Of a stretch of 64,000 nucleotides of DNA, positions 13,293 to 27,600 are shown piece by piece. Source of the stretch: Macrostomum lignano (taxonomy: Eukaryota); the NCBI GenBank assembly GCA_002269645.1, contig NIVC01000035.1, forward strand, positions 670,308 through 734,307. The letters run 5' to 3'. A model generated the notes under the pieces. It saw only the letters and a list, made by a program, of their open reading frames with translations. It was not told where the DNA came from and did no database searches. How positions within the stretch are numbered: position 1 is the first letter of the stretch; each line of letters opens with the position of its first letter. The position numbers and the translations under genes are program-made.

Positions 13293-13574
13293 ACCCGGCA
13301 ATATCGGCTTCCATCGTTTTGGGCGATTTTAGTCTACCATATTTTCCTTTATGGCTTTTACCCTGTCCCTAACTGCTCTTCTTTTAGCAGTGGAGAACAA
13401 TAAAACTGCTCCTATACAAAATGACCACTTTTTGTTGGGAAGCCGCGCCCCACTCAGGTTTACAATCAAGGGGGAAGAGAGACAGACAGAGCTGATGATG
13501 ATGAAGGAACAACAGTGGGTAAAAATGAATTGAGTCTATAGTAAAGGGTTGTAAATTGTGCAGAGTACGCCCGC

Positions 13575-13588
13575 GCTACCATAGCAAC
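13575..13588. promoter_or_regulatory. Near-consensus RFX X-box upstream of the LRRC74-like gene
   Basis: GCTACCATAGCAAC has one mismatch to GTTACCATAGCAAC and lies ~860 bp upstream of the LRRC74-like ATG, in the divergent LRRC74/GRK2 interval. Confidence 0.4.
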
Positions 13589-14865
13589 TTGCTACTGACT
13601 GCGGACACTATCATTAGCGTGTAGCTTTAACAATTTCTCGCCTCACACTCTGCCCCCCCCAACCTCTATCACTAGGAGCAGTTATGTAGCAAATTACAAT
13701 GGCGCAGGCAAGCATGCCTCATAGCATGTAGGTACAACTAAACTAAGTCATGAATTTTCCACGTTTTAGTTTTTTGTTGTCTTGCATAAGACTGCAGGGG
13801 TTTTCTTTCTTTATAAAATGCATTGATCCCATTTGGCGTAACGTGGTGCTAGGACTTCCAATGGGAATTTAATTAACCCTTCATAAGGCCAAATTATTTT
13901 GTTAATTGCATATTTATCACTGTTTCTTTACATTAAAAATTTATATCCTCGGCATGACGGGGGCACATATTGTATTTATCAAACCCAGCATGTGTAATAC
14001 ATGTTAACGCATCCGTTACTTTCTACGTGCAATTAAGTAAGCCCTTACATTACTATTATAGGAAATTTCAATAGGCAATGGAATATACTTCAGTAACTTT
14101 AATTTTTGTAGTTTTAACATTGAAAAAGTTATGGAACAGTCACAGATTCAGCGATTTTTACAGAATAGCGATTTTCAACGTAAACATTTTTTTCGTTTTT
14201 CCGGACAACCATATATACATTCGATTTTTATTGGTATCAATGCCTCTTCCTCGGAAAACCTCGATTAAATCACTCAAAATATCCAAATACAATGTAAACA
14301 GAACGCATAACGCAAAATTTCTATGTGAATTGAAACTCACGGAACCATTGTGTAATATTTTTATTAACGTATCTCGCAATATATACATAATTATTAGTAA
14401 ACTATTTTGAAAATAATAATCTCTTTATGATTTCCTGCTTCGTTTAAAAGTATTGCTTAACGAGTGATAAAAATATTGAGAGCAAAATGTTTGTTATATG
14501 AGTTGAACTTTTTGTTGTTTGGAGAGTTTAAAAACAGCAGCTCAACTACGCATTAAAGGCGAATTGTTTTTGCTGCTTAATGCTCTAATAAGATTTTTTT
14601 ATTGTATACAATCGATTAAGAAAATCGCAAAAGCTATAAGGTAGAGTCATCAATGTAATATATTCTGCCCGTATTTAAATATGCTTCGTTCATTTTTGAA
14701 TCTACACTTTTCATTGAATAATGCCTTACAGAACAAAGTTTAATTAAATAACTTGGACATTACAGACATACTGCATCGAAAACCTACTCTTTATTTTACT
14801 GCCCGGGCTTTATCACCAAACAGTTCTTTCTCTAAACAAGCCTTGTAAGGTCTCCATATTAAATC

Positions 14866-17800
14866 ATGGCTGACCTAGAAGCTGTTCTAGCTGATGTCAG
14901 CTATTTGATGGCTATGGAAAAGTCAAAATCAACCCCTGCAGCAAGAGCAAGCAAAAAAATCACCCTCCCAGATCCAAGGTATGTTTATTACATGTTGCTA
15001 TAATATTTCATAATAATTGGCTTAAAAATTCAAGCAATAATACAAACATTTTATAGAATATTTTTCTATAAAATAAAAATTACAAAAATTTTGAAGTTTA
15101 TAGTTATAGTTCATTAGTTCAAGTTTATAGTTAAAGTTACCACTTTGTAACTTGTGTTGAGAAATGTAATTTAAATTTAGCTACCCATTTATTTTAATTG
15201 CAAAATTCTCAAAAATTAAAGTGAATTCGTTTTGTTTTTTTAACAAATGCTTTTTTTTTATAAATGTTTAGTAATAAACTGTTTAACTTACTGTTTTATT
15301 TGATTATTTTTTTCAAAGTTACAAAATTTTGTATTTAGCCCTATTTTAGTATTCATTTGGAATTATTAAAATGTTCTTTCATATATTATTATTTTAATAG
15401 TTTGTATTAGTTTTGCCATATTGGGCTTTTATGTATTATTTAATTATATATACTTTATTATTTTTTATTTTTATATTTTAATTGTTTTATCATTTTATAA
15501 TGCTATGTAATGGTTTAAAATTTGGTGTTGGTAAGCTTGTCAACTTTTTTTCGTCAACTGGCCTAGCCATATGATAATTTGTCAACTTACTAGTAAATTT
15601 ATCAACTGGTAAAATTTCTCAGCATATAGTAGTAGGCCTGTATGCAGTATATGTATATGTAGCTGTTTCAGTGCATAGATAAAATAGATTCATAAAACCA
15701 ATGAGCCAAGCTATGTCATTGTAATGCCTATTTTTAAGCACAGGATATGACAATTGTCAATCGTGACAATTTTTGTGACAATCTTGTCTTTCTTTACTGT
15801 CACTAGATCAGCAGATTGTCTATTGCTAGAATGTCTTTTTGCTAGATTTAACTGGACAAAAGAAAGCATGAACACACTGCAGCACCCAGCAGTCTTCATG
15901 ATCAAATATAAGATACGATAAAATTAAAAAACAGTAATACATATACCAAGAATCTTTAATTTTAACAACTAGCTAAAGGACCAATAATTTGACATTCGGG
16001 ATCCCAATCCAGTTTTAATAAATGTAATTGAACTAAAAATATTACTTAATTAATTTTATATACATATAAAAAACCTTATTACTTTCACTTTTATTTGCAT
16101 CTCTTACTTATATACACTTCGTTATATTGCATATCAGTTACGCAATGGAAACCGTGGTAAACTCGTCAACATGGTTGACGAATAAAAAGTTGACAAGTTT
16201 ACCCGGATCCTTAAAATTCTAACTCAGATAATAGCATAGAAATCTTTGAAAAAAACTTGAAGCTAATATATTTTTATAATTTGTAGTTATAGAAGTAGCA
16301 TTACACCTATTGTAAAATGGGACAGGTTGGGTATTACTAACATTAGCTTAGATAATTGAAAGTATATATACTGACCGTTTAATGATTAAAGTAAATATAT
16401 ATATGTAGCTTTAGATATCCTAGGCAATAATAGCAACTGAGTTGTTCATTGCATATTTGGCCATTAGGACTTTTTCAAGTTTCAGTTGACTAGCAAAGAG
16501 TTTTTGTATCTAGCATATTGAAAGTAGAAAATTGCAAATTTTTGGTATAAAATTCCATTAAATCACATGTAGTTGAACAATCTTAAACAAAATTTAGTAT
16601 TAATAAGATTAGATTGTTTCTTCTTTCAGATTGCTATTACCAATGAATTTTTAGGCTTTATCTTTTGCTAAACAGATTTATATTTTTTTAATTGGAATGA
16701 TTTCTAAATTTAAACATTTAATATTTAAATATTAATATCTATATTTCCACATTCAATCAAATAAAGTCAATACCTTTATTGGTACAATAGTGCTTTGCAT
16801 TGCATCTTCTATATGCATTCACATTGCAGTTTTATGCAAGCAGTCACAAAATAATTTACAATTTTTTCTTAAATGCAAAAATGTGTTGCAATTTTAATGC
16901 AAAATTACGTATTGGTTAGTTGATTAAAAATGACAAAAAAGGAACATTAAAATGCAAAATTTTTTGTTGCTGTGGGCAACTTTTATTTGGTAATCCCCTA
17001 TGTTACCAATAAGAATTTGATACAAATCAGTTCTATGAATAACATATCTAAAAACATACATTTTTAACAACAAAATTATTGTCAGAACTGTAAACTAAAT
17101 TATTTATCAACCTAAACTTAAAGAAGTCTGCCCATTGAGGCAAGTGTAATGAATCATAGTATATTATTATAATAAAACAGTATTTTTTATTTGAATGTGT
17201 TTATTTAGGCCGCAAAGCTAATTTGACATTTATATAAGTCAAATAGCCAATGTAATTTCAGAGATTTTATAGGTATGATTAACCAATTTATTTAAGCTTT
17301 ATGTTTGATATTTATTAGTCTAAATACTTCATTAAATTATGCAATTAATTCATTATAGACTTTCTTATGATTATCAAATTCACCAAATATCACCTCACAG
17401 TGTTCGCAGTGTAATGCTCAAACACCTGACCAAGAATGGCGAAGTGACATTCGAGAAGATCTTCAACCAACGTCTTGGCTTTCTTCTATTAAAAGAGTTT
17501 GTTGAGCAGCAATTGGAGGATTGCGCCCAGGTGCTGGCATTCTATGAGGAGATTAAAAAATTTGAGGAGCTCGACTGCGAAGAGATGAGAATGAAGCTGG
17601 GCAGGAATATCTATGATAGCTTCATCATGCAGGTGAGGAATTTGGAAAGTTGAAGAAATGTAGAGTAGTGTTAATAAACTACTGAGGCAATAGAAGGGGT
17701 CCAACCCTTAATAAACTGATGCAATAGAAGGGTCCAGCCCTTAATAAACTGAGGCAATAGAAGGGGTCCAACCCTTAATAAACTGATGCAATAGAAGGGT

Positions 17801-19621
17801 CCAGCCCTTAATAAACTGATGCAATAGAAGGGTCCAGCCCTTAATAAACTGAGGCAATAGAAGGGGTCCAACCCTTAATAAACTGATGCAATAGAAGGGT
17901 CCAGCCCTTAATAAACTGAGGAAATAGAAGGGGTCCAGCCCTTTTAATAAACTGAGGCAATAGAAGGGGTCCAGCCCTTTTAATAAACTGAGGCAATAGA
18001 AGGGGTCCAGCCCTTTTAATAAACTGAGGCAATAGAAGGGGTCCAGCCCTTTTAATAAACTGAGGCAATAGAAGGGGTCCAGCCCTTTTAATAAACTGAG
18101 GAAATAGAAGGGGTCCAGCCCTTAATAAACTGAGGCAATAGAAGGGTTCCAGACTTTTAATAAACTGAAGCAATAGAAGCAGTGCACACTGCCCTTCAAT
18201 CCTTGCCTACCATCAGGAGCTGTTAGCGCAGAGCCATCGCTTCAGCACCGCAGCCGTAGCGTTTGTACAGGAGCGCCTGACCGCCTCCCAGCGCAGTGGC
18301 TCCCTGCCGCAGGACACGTTTAGCATGTACGCTAAAGAGATTTGCGAAATTCTGAAACGCGAAGCGTTCGACTTGTTTGTCAGATCAGACAAATTCACCA
18401 GGTTCTGCCAGTGGAAGAATCTGGAGCTAAACATCAGTGTAAGTTTATTTATGTTTATATTCCGAAAATTTACTTGGGGGATTTTCGTGCGTTTCAGAGC
18501 CCGTGATAGCAAACCCCCGTCGTACACCCTGTGTGAGCGTGTTGCGTCCTCAGAGGCCAGCGGAATAGTCATGCCTGCTTGCCTCTTACAAAATCCCAAG
18601 ATTCTAAGAATAACACCTGACATTATGGGATTGTTAGTACATTCTAAAAATACGAGCTAACATCTGACGTCAAGGGGTTGTTCGTAGATTCTAAAAATAA
18701 CATCTGACGTCATGGGGTTGTTCGTAGATTCTAAAAATAGCATCTGACGTAATGGAGTTGTTCGTAGATTCTAAAAATAACATCTGACTTCATAGGGCTG
18801 TTCGTTGATTCTAAAAATAGCATCTGACGTCACAGGGTTGTTTGTATATTTTAAAAAGAACATATGACGTCATAGAGTTGTTCATAGATTTTAAGAATAA
18901 CACCCGACATCATGGGGTTGTTCGTAGATTCTAAAAATAACACTTGACGTCATAGGACTGTTCGTAGATTCTAAAAATAACATCTGAAGTGAAGGAGTTA
19001 ATTGGAAATTCTAGAAATGGCCTCTTAAGACGCAATCGACCGCTTCTTGCATGCCATTCCAGCTGACTACCAACGACTTCAGCGTCCATCGCATCATTGG
19101 TCGTGGCGGTTTCGGCGAAGTGTACGGTTGTCGCAAAGCGGACACAGGCAAAATGTACGCCATGAAGTGTCTGGATAAGAAGCGAATCAAACTTAAGGGC
19201 GGCGAGACTTTGGCTCTGAATGAGCGAATTATGCTGTCTCTGGTTAGCACAGGCGACGGCTGCCCGTTCATTGTGTGCATGACCTACGCCTTTCAAACCA
19301 ATGAGAAGCTGTGCTTCATCTTGGACTTGATGAACGGTGGCGATCTGCACTACCACCTGTCTCAGCACGGCGTCTTTGCCGAGAAGGAGGTGAAATTTTA
19401 TGCTGCCGAGGTGCTGCTGGGACTGGAGCACATGCACTCCAGGTTCGTGGTCTACCGAGACTTGAAGGTGAGTCTGTTTATCTATCTGGCTATCTGTCTG
19501 ACTATCTATCTGACTATCTATCTGGCTATCTATCTGGCTATCTATCTGGCTATCTATCTGGCTATCTGTCTGGCTATCTGTCTGGCTATCTATCTGGCTA
19601 TCTATCTGGCTATCTGTCTGG

Positions 19622-19663
<42 letters not shown>

Positions 19664-19736
19664 GTCTATCTATCTGTCTATCTATCTATCTATCTATCTG
19701 TCTATCTATCTATCTATCTATCTATCCATCTATCTG

Positions 19737-19787
<51 letters not shown>

Positions 19788-22700
19788 GTCTATCTAGCTA
19801 TCTATCATTGCAGTCTGTATTTTTCTATGAATTAGTTTCAAGTTCACACAATAACGCAGTGCTAAATGCTCAGGGATGGAACTCGCTCTCTTCAATTTCA
19901 ATTTTTTTTACTGGATGGCTTTGATTTTTTTATCTGTTCGTGCCATCTAACGGGCTATAATAAAGACACTGAAATATCGATTAAGTATTGCTAAGTGTAT
20001 TATTCTTCAGATGGCGCCCAGAGTTTCAGATTCAGTGAGTTCACAATAAATATCCCCTAAGTATCTTATCTGACCTCTGTATAATTCATAGGAGTTTGGG
20101 CTGACTTATAGCAATCTCACTTCCGTTAGTCAGAATGAAGGATGCGCGGATATATAGATAGATCTTTAAATGAGCTGATTTCTTCAATTCTTTATCTGCG
20201 AGGCGGCCTCAAGTGACTGAGGCTCGAAGCCATGGCTTTATTGATAAATTTTAACTTCAGTAAGGCAATTTAAATTTAATGCATGGAATAGGACTCAAGT
20301 AGTGGCATTGCCAGTACTGCTGAAAAGTGTTTCTTTTGTAAAATGATATCGTTTGAGATTACTGTATTATAGTTTTGGTTTTAAGTGCTAGGCTTGACTT
20401 GATATCATTTAGACTTGAAGGTCGGGGGTTCGATTGCCGAATCCCACTGTAGAACAATTTGTATCCTTGATCAAGGCACTTAACTCTAACTCTGCATTAT
20501 TGCTTCAGTTCACCCAGCTGTAAAATGGGTGCCAGCATTAGCTGGGGTATTTGAGGGTGGGTGTGTGTGGCGACCCCCCAGTCCTTGGATTGAACAGCCG
20601 TACGCAGCCTTCAGATGCGACGCGCAATAGCTGCGGCTGAGCTGTCGGTTGCACATCTGCCTAATTGGGCAGGTGCAATCAATTAATATTTAAGCATTAT
20701 GTCCTCCCTTCTACCCCCTCTGTCCTCCCTTCTACCCCCTCTGTCCTCCCGTCTACCCATCTGTCCTCCCTTCTATCCCCTCTGTCCTCCCGTCTACCCC
20801 TCTGTCCTCCCTTCTACCCCCTCTGTCCTCCCGTCTACCCATCTGTCCTCCCTTCTACCCCCTCTGTCCTCCCGTCTACCCCTCTGTCCTCCCTTCTACC
20901 CCCTCTGTCCTCCCGTCTACCCCCTCCACCCTCCATTCTACCCCAGTGCCTGACTCATTCATTCGCACAGCCTATTACTTGCACTATTATTCAATCCCAC
21001 TCCCTACCCAGTGCCAGTGAACTTTTATTAAAACGAATCAGCGAGTTGAGTGATTCTTTTGACGGGATTTGGAGTTGAAGCCCAACCAAAATTGCACGAA
21101 ATTGAAAGGTTTCTCATAACCTTTTTCTCGATTTATAATTTAGGCTTATATATATTAGTCCGATAAGAATTAATTTAACTTTTTAAAGCATTACAGTTGT
21201 TATAAATTAATAAGCTTTTTAAAAGTACTTCTTTCTACAGATTCTGGTTTCAAATTTTTCATTTGCAATAGTTTTAAAGTCTTTTAAAAAGGTTTTTTCG
21301 GTAATAACACGTCTGCTTGTTACCTGTTTCTCTTTCCTTCGTTGCTTTTAGCAGTTCGGGTAAAATATTAAACAGGATTTATAGTTTTCTCTGCTATTTA
21401 GTTTGGATAACAAAAAAATATTTTTAATCAGATTTGAAAAACACAGATTTTTTAAACTAGATTTTCTGTCTCAATTTGATGCCGCATTGCGGCATTGCTA
21501 CTCAGCTACTTTTTTTATTTGTGGCTATCTGGGTTTTTTAGTTACAAGATAATTAGAAATTTAGGCGTTGACTTTTGTAGTTTAATGCTTATTGCACGGA
21601 CCTATTCACAGTAACATAAATATTTAACAAATTTAAGCAACTCATAACTGGATTTTATCTATTTCAAGGAAAATTCCTGGCAAACTTAATGTAATAAAAA
21701 AGGATTTTAGTAAAAATAACAACATGTCATTTTATTAGTCTGCAGACTGGCACTAAAATGAGTGCAATCAGGGAATGAGGTGGGTGAAATCAGGGAGTAA
21801 GGTGGGTGCAATCAGGGAGTGAGGTGGGTGCAGTCAGGGAGTGAGGTGGGTGCAGTCAGGGAGTGAGGTGGGTGCAGTCAGGGAGTGAGGTGGGTGCAGT
21901 CAGGGAGTGAGGTGGGTGCAGTCAGGGAGTGAGGTGGGTGCAATCAGGGAGTGAGGTGGGTGCAGTCAGGGAGTGAGGTGAGTGCAGTCAGGGAGTGAGG
22001 TGGGTGCAATCAGGGAGTGAGGTGGGTGCAATCAGAGAGTGAGGTGGGTGCAATTAGTTAACTCAGTCGCTGTCCCTCGCCCCAACAGCCGGCGAACATC
22101 CTGCTAGACGAGCACGGTCACGTTCGCATCAGCGACCTCGGCTTGGCTTGCGACTTTTCTAAGAAAAAGCCTCACGCCAGTGTCGGCACCCACGGCTACA
22201 TGGCGCCGGAGGTGCTGCAGAAGGGCACCGCCTACGACAGCTCCGCCGATTGGTTCAGCTACGGCTGCATGCTGTACAAATTGCTGAAAGGTCACAGCCC
22301 GTTCAGGCATCACAAGACCAAGGACAAGCACGAGATCGATCGCATGACGATGACTGTCAGTCCGGATCTTAACGACACGATTTCGCCGGAGATTCGCAAC
22401 CTGCTGGAAGGCCTGCTGGCTCGCGATGTTGATCAGCGAATTGGTTGTCGAGGACGCGGCGCTTCGGAGCTCAAAGAGCATCCGTTCTTTGCCGGGATCG
22501 ACTGGGGCCAGGTATACCTGCAGAAGTACCCGGCCCCGCTGGTGCCGCCCCGCGGCGAGGTGAACGCCCACGACGCCTTCGATATTGGCTCCTTCGACGA
22601 GGAGGATACGAAAGGTGCGTTATGTTTGTGTATGACATAGGTTACTGAATTACCTATGACCGATTTTAATGGCTTATGACCGACTTTCACATTGGTCATA

Positions 22701-24690
22701 ATAGCTTTTTTCACAGTATATGACCAATTTTTACAGCATATATCGGACCGATTTTCCACAGTATATGACCGACTTTTCACAGTATATGACCGACTTTTCA
22801 TAGCGTATGACCGATTTTTCAAAATATATGACCGATTTTTCACAACATATGACCGATTTTTCACAACATATGACCAATTTTCACGGCATATGACTAACTA
22901 TCACAGTATTATGACCAATTATTACGGAATATGAATAATTATTACAGCATTATGACCAATTTTCACGGCATATGACCAATTTTCACGGCAATTGACTAAT
23001 TGCTATAGCCTATATTCGATTTGCCTATCTTTGATTTATGACTTTAAGCCTATGACCAATTCTCATGTTCAATGACCGGTCTCTAATCCTCGATCCCGAG
23101 CAGGCATCAAGCTCACTGAAGCCGACCAGCAGCTGTACCGCAACTTCTCTCTGGTTGTCTCCGAGCGCTGGCAGTCGGAAATAGCCGAAACTGTGTTCGA
23201 ATACGTCAACAGCGAGACCGACAAGCTCGAGCAGAAGCGTCGGGGCAAACGCGACGACGGTGAACAGCAGCTGGACTTGACGGCCGGCTCCGACTGCATT
23301 GTTGAAGGCGAAGTCCAGCGACTTGGCGGCCCGTTCCTGCAGACTTGGCAGAAGAAGCACCTGAAGCTGTTTCCCAACCGGCTGGAGTTCTACAGCAAAT
23401 CACGCGACGGCCTGTTGCAGAAGAAGGGCGCCGAGCTCATCAGCATGTTCGACATTCGCGAGATCGGGCCCGAGTTTCACAAGGTGCACAAGTACGAGAA
23501 TTGCATCGCCATCGGCCTGAAGAATGATCAGAAGGTGTACATCACTTCTCAGGTGAGTGTTGATGAGATGGGGACCTGTCCTCTGCTTACCCGTTCTGGT
23601 CTAGACTGCTGAGTGAACTGGGTAGACTCTACTGAGCGAACTGGGTAGACTCTACTGAATCAACTGGGTAGACTCTACTGAATCAACTGGGTAGACTCTA
23701 CTGAATCAACTGGGTAGACTCTACTGAATCAACTGGGTAGACTCTACTGAATCAACTGGGTAGACTCTACTGAATCAACTGGGTAGACTCTACTGAATCA
23801 ACTGGGTAGACTCTACTGAATCAACTGGGTAGACTCTACTGAGTCAACTGGGTAGACTCTACTGAGTCAACTGGGTAGACTCTACTGAGCGAACTGGGTA
23901 GACTCTACTGAATCAACTGGGTAGACTCTACTGAATCAACTGGGTAGACTCTACTGAATCAACTGGGTAGACTCTACTGAATCAACTGGGTAGACTCTAC
24001 TGAATCAACTGGGTAGACTCTACTGAATCAACTGGGTAGACTCTACTGAATCAACTGGGTAGACTCTACTGAATCAACTGGGTAGACTCTACTGAATCAA
24101 CTGGGTAGACTCTACTGAATCAACTGGGTAGACTCTACTGAGCGAACTGGGTAGACTCTACTGAGTCAACTGGGTAGACTCTACTGAGCGAACTGGGTAG
24201 ACTCTACTTAATCAACTGGGTAGACTCTACTGAATCAACTGGGTAGACTCTACTGAGGGAACTAGGTAGACTTTACTGGTAATTTAAGTAGACTTAACTG
24301 GTAATCTAGGTAGACGCTATGGGTAATCTGGATAGACTATCGGTATTCTGAATAAACCACTTGCACTTACTCACCCCACCCTTGCTCCCGCACCAGGACC
24401 GAGTCCTAATCAGCCAGTGGAAAGACGAGATCCAAGCCGCATTCGACGCCAGCAACGCTATCCTATCGAAAATGAAGCCCAAGGCGCACAAATGGTACGG
24501 CGCCGACGTGCCGTCCACCTCCTCGTCTGGCGGCGCCACTGGCGGCGGCGGCGGCGGATCGACAAACTCGACAGCAACAACGACAACTCTGTGCGGCGCC
24601 GGACACGGCAACCAGGGCTCGTTCGATAGCAGCGGCGGCGGCGCTGGAGGCTCGGAGCCGAGAAGGCCAAGTCGTGGCAGTTTGAGTTAA
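14866..24690 (+). CDS. GRK2: G protein-coupled receptor kinase 2/3 (beta-adrenergic receptor kinase; RGS-homology + AGC kinase + PH domain), 7 exons, 746 aa
   Basis: Exons 14866-14978 ([37 protein letters not shown], the diagnostic GRK2/3 N-terminus), 17401-17632, 18217-18438, 19063-19467 ([33 protein letters not shown]...YRDLK), 22089-22614 ([41 protein letters not shown]), 23104-23552 (PH domain), 24397-24690. All junctions are GT-AG with consistent phases; total 2241 nt. Confidence 0.97.
17675..18178. repeat. 33-36 bp minisatellite TAATAAACTGAGGCAATAGAAGGGGTCCAGCCCT(TT) (GRK2 intron 2)
   Basis: Direct inspection. Confidence 0.95.
18590..19012. repeat. 40-bp minisatellite GATTCTAAAAATAACATCTGACGTCATGGGGTTGTTCGTA (GRK2 intron 3)
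   Basis: Direct inspection, ~10 diverged copies. Confidence 0.92.
19478..19805. repeat. (TATCTATCTGGC)n/(TATC)n microsatellite starting ~10 nt after the GRK2 exon 4 donor
   Basis: Direct inspection. Confidence 0.95.
20410..20670 (+). mobile_element. Second, more diverged copy of the same tRNA/CORE-like SINE, in GRK2 intron 4
   Basis: GACTTGAAGGTCGGGGGTTCGATT...TCCTTGATCAAGGCACTTAACTC...TTGCTTCAGTTCACCCAGCTGTAAAATGGGTGCCAGCATTAGCTGGG...CAGTCCTTGGATTGAACAGCCGTACGCAGC...GCTGAGCTGTCGGTTGCACATCTG matches the reverse complement of 29377-29600. The A box is degraded. Confidence 0.82.
20700..20945. repeat. 21-bp minisatellite TCCTCCCTTCTACCCCCTCTG
   Basis: Direct inspection. Confidence 0.92.
21765..22053. 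repeat. 22-bp minisatellite GTGCAGTCAGGGAGTGAGGTGG
   Basis: Direct inspection. Confidence 0.93.
22650..23060. repeat. Degenerate ~22-bp minisatellite TATGACCGATTTTTCACAACA (GRK2 intron 5)
   Basis: Direct inspection. Confidence 0.88.
23610..24275. repeat. 23-bp minisatellite CTGGGTAGACTCTACTGAATCAA (GRK2 intron 6)
   Basis: Direct inspection. Confidence 0.96.
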
Positions 24691-27600
24691 ATGAGCCAAT
24701 AATGATGGACAAACAGTTTGGAAATTAGTCTGTTTATGGAGTTTACTGTCTTAGTGATTTTTTCCTTTGTTTTATCTTGTCATTGTGTACTCTGTTCTCG
24801 ACTTGTCTGATCTCTCTTGAGTATGAATCTTGAATCTGAAAATCTAAACTTTAGCTTACATCAAAGTAGTCTCAATCAGACTTAGTCCAGAATTTAGAAT
24901 AGAATATGCAAGATTTGGGGTTATAAGTCCTGTTATCTTGTCTCTTTCACCATTTCGATTTTCCAGCACTGTATATTTGTATCTATAACGCGATTTTTAA
25001 TGTCCCAAATTTTGGATTTCTATTTTGCCAAGTCAAGTCTGGCTATCTTTCTATCTATCCTGTATTCTTTTATATACTCTCAGAATCAGTAAGCTTGCCT
25101 TCTGTAGTCAGCTTGTGTCCCAGACCAGACAAGTAGTATGCAAAGAAGTTTACTTTTATCTTTAGTATATTCGCCTTTCACCTGTCCGCGAGTACTTGTG
25201 TTGGGTGAAAAACCCTGTTTATCTTGTCCTACGTAGATTATCATAGTTTATAAGGGGCTCTTTAAGGAAAGCGTTTCTAAAAATAGATTATTCTGTGTAC
25301 ACACAGCTCTAGAGTACATTCCCTGATACTTGTGTTCCTTCCTTACCCAGAGTGTACATGCGCTGGTCATAAAAGTTTCTAAAAATAGATGGGGTTTCCC
25401 TATCAAGGACAAGTCATCCCCACAATCGTTAAATCTGAGTGTACACGCGATGAGGTGTACGCACATGCATGCCCTCGCAGGCTTAACTCGTGTCAACCCC
25501 TCTCCACGCTCAGACGAACCTTTACTTCAATGTACATCGGCTCCTTTTAATCCACAAAGTTTATTTTTGAAAAAATTGTTTTTTTAAACTAAATTCTCAT
25601 TTAAGCATCGATAAAGTTTTCTAATTTCCTTTAATTCTAGCTCGTAATTCTTTCATTCGATCTATTATTGTACAATCGTGTGCGATACAATCATTTTTTA
25701 TGCTCCGATTCTGTTACAACTAGGATATCTTCTTCTGGTGGCAGATGCATAGATAGTGATTACTATTTTGTGTGCGCGATTGGCGGTTAATCATTTGAAT
25801 TGTATCTGTAGTTTGTAATGATCTGTATTCTGTGCTGATTTGGTATTTCTTTGTCGCTGTGTTCCGAATCGTCGCTATTCCGTATTTTGGTATTTTTTCT
25901 CTCTTTCCGATGCGCCCTAATCTCTGTTTATTATCCTCGAGCGTTGTCCTTGTCAAGGCGGCAAATTTTAACATTAAAACAGTCGACTTATTTTAATATT
26001 GCTTAATTCCTGATGATACTACTGTTTTTTCCTATAGTAGGCACTATAGAAAGCGCTGGCTATTATTGTTCACAGAAGTTGAACATTGATTTATCATTGT
26101 TAATTAAAAGCATAATAATTTTTCTTGCTGTCGGTATTTCTGCTCTCTTGTCCTTCTCTCCTCCACCTCCGTACCTGCTACCTTCCCATCAGGGAAAATC
26201 GAAAAAAGAAGTCATTAATAACTTATTACTGTGAGCCATAAATTGTCTTGTACTTGTCTCAGTCTGTGTGCTATATTCCACTGTGGGTTTACTGTCCCAA
26301 CAATGTCATTCTGAAAATGGTTTCTACGATTTTTTCAAAACAATTGACTAAGCGCAGGAATATAAATTCTAATTGATGTGTTGAATTTCTTGTCAAAGAT
26401 TTCTGTGTATGTATATTGCTGATCAGATATTGTTATACGTTTTACCTCTATGTGCGATAGTATGTTTTATTCATGTGTATACACTGTATTCTGTAGTTGT
26501 GCCCTCTAATTCTAGATTCATGCAGCTGTGTCTAACGAGAAGAGACTGAAGATTTGTTATTCTAAGCTAATATTAATTTGATTTGAAAGGAAAGTTCATA
26601 CAGTTCTTTTTTACAGAATCTCGTCTTTTTTGTATTTATTTTGTCCGTTCTTTTTAATTACAGATTATCGACTTACAACTTAGCCTCTGTAGCGTCAACG
26701 ATATATTTTATGGAATTTATTTGTGTTTTTAGCAGCGTGCCGTGTCTGCTCTGCTATATTTTTCAGTCAGTAGTGTACAAAAGTACGTAAAAATATCTCT
26801 CTTTTCTGTCTGTCTGTATATCAAATGTGTCTTGGTCATTGTTGTTGTGTTTAAAGACTGGTAGTAACTTCGTTAATAAACAGTTTGTTTTAGTTTTTAC
26901 AAGCTAATCAAGTTTAAAATAAATTAAGCAGAATATAGAAGTGTGACGGACTGGGGTTGGTGCAGACTGGTCAGATAACACCAATGTACATTCAAAAATA
27001 AACGCCGATGTACATTCGCCTGGGGATAGACAGTAAAAGGGTTAGAGCCGCGCGAGCGATAAGGATCAGGAGGTTGGGGTAGAAAAATTAAGTTTGCCAG
27101 ACGGGGCAGCCCATTTGCGGGGGAGACGGGGGAGCGGGGAGCCTAAACTAAGACTGTACATCTGTACATGCCTGGGTTTAAAAGTGCTTAGGCCGAGTTT
27201 AAAAAGAAAAGAAATCAAGTAAAAGCATTTTTTTAAATTAGTGGCTGTACTTTAGCTTTGTAATGTTATAACAAACGAGTTCTTGTTTTAAAATCTATTG
27301 ATGGTCTCCATTTTAAAAAAAGCAACGTACTTTTCTAGTTCTAGTTTTAAACATTTTAATTTTACTTCTCTTTGTAGCGGAGCTTCATAGTTGTTTCTGT
27401 GTTTTTCTCTATCCGAATTGTCGGTTTTGAATTTTTGTCTGCGAAAAAAGATATTTCCTAGAAACGAGATGTTTGTCCTAGCACGCAACTGTGCACTACT
27501 ACAATATATTATTTTTGAAGGAAATAAATCGTGTGTTTTACTTTTGGGTCATTTTCAATTGCGTAAAATTTAATTCTTCTTTAGATGGACATTCTCTTAT

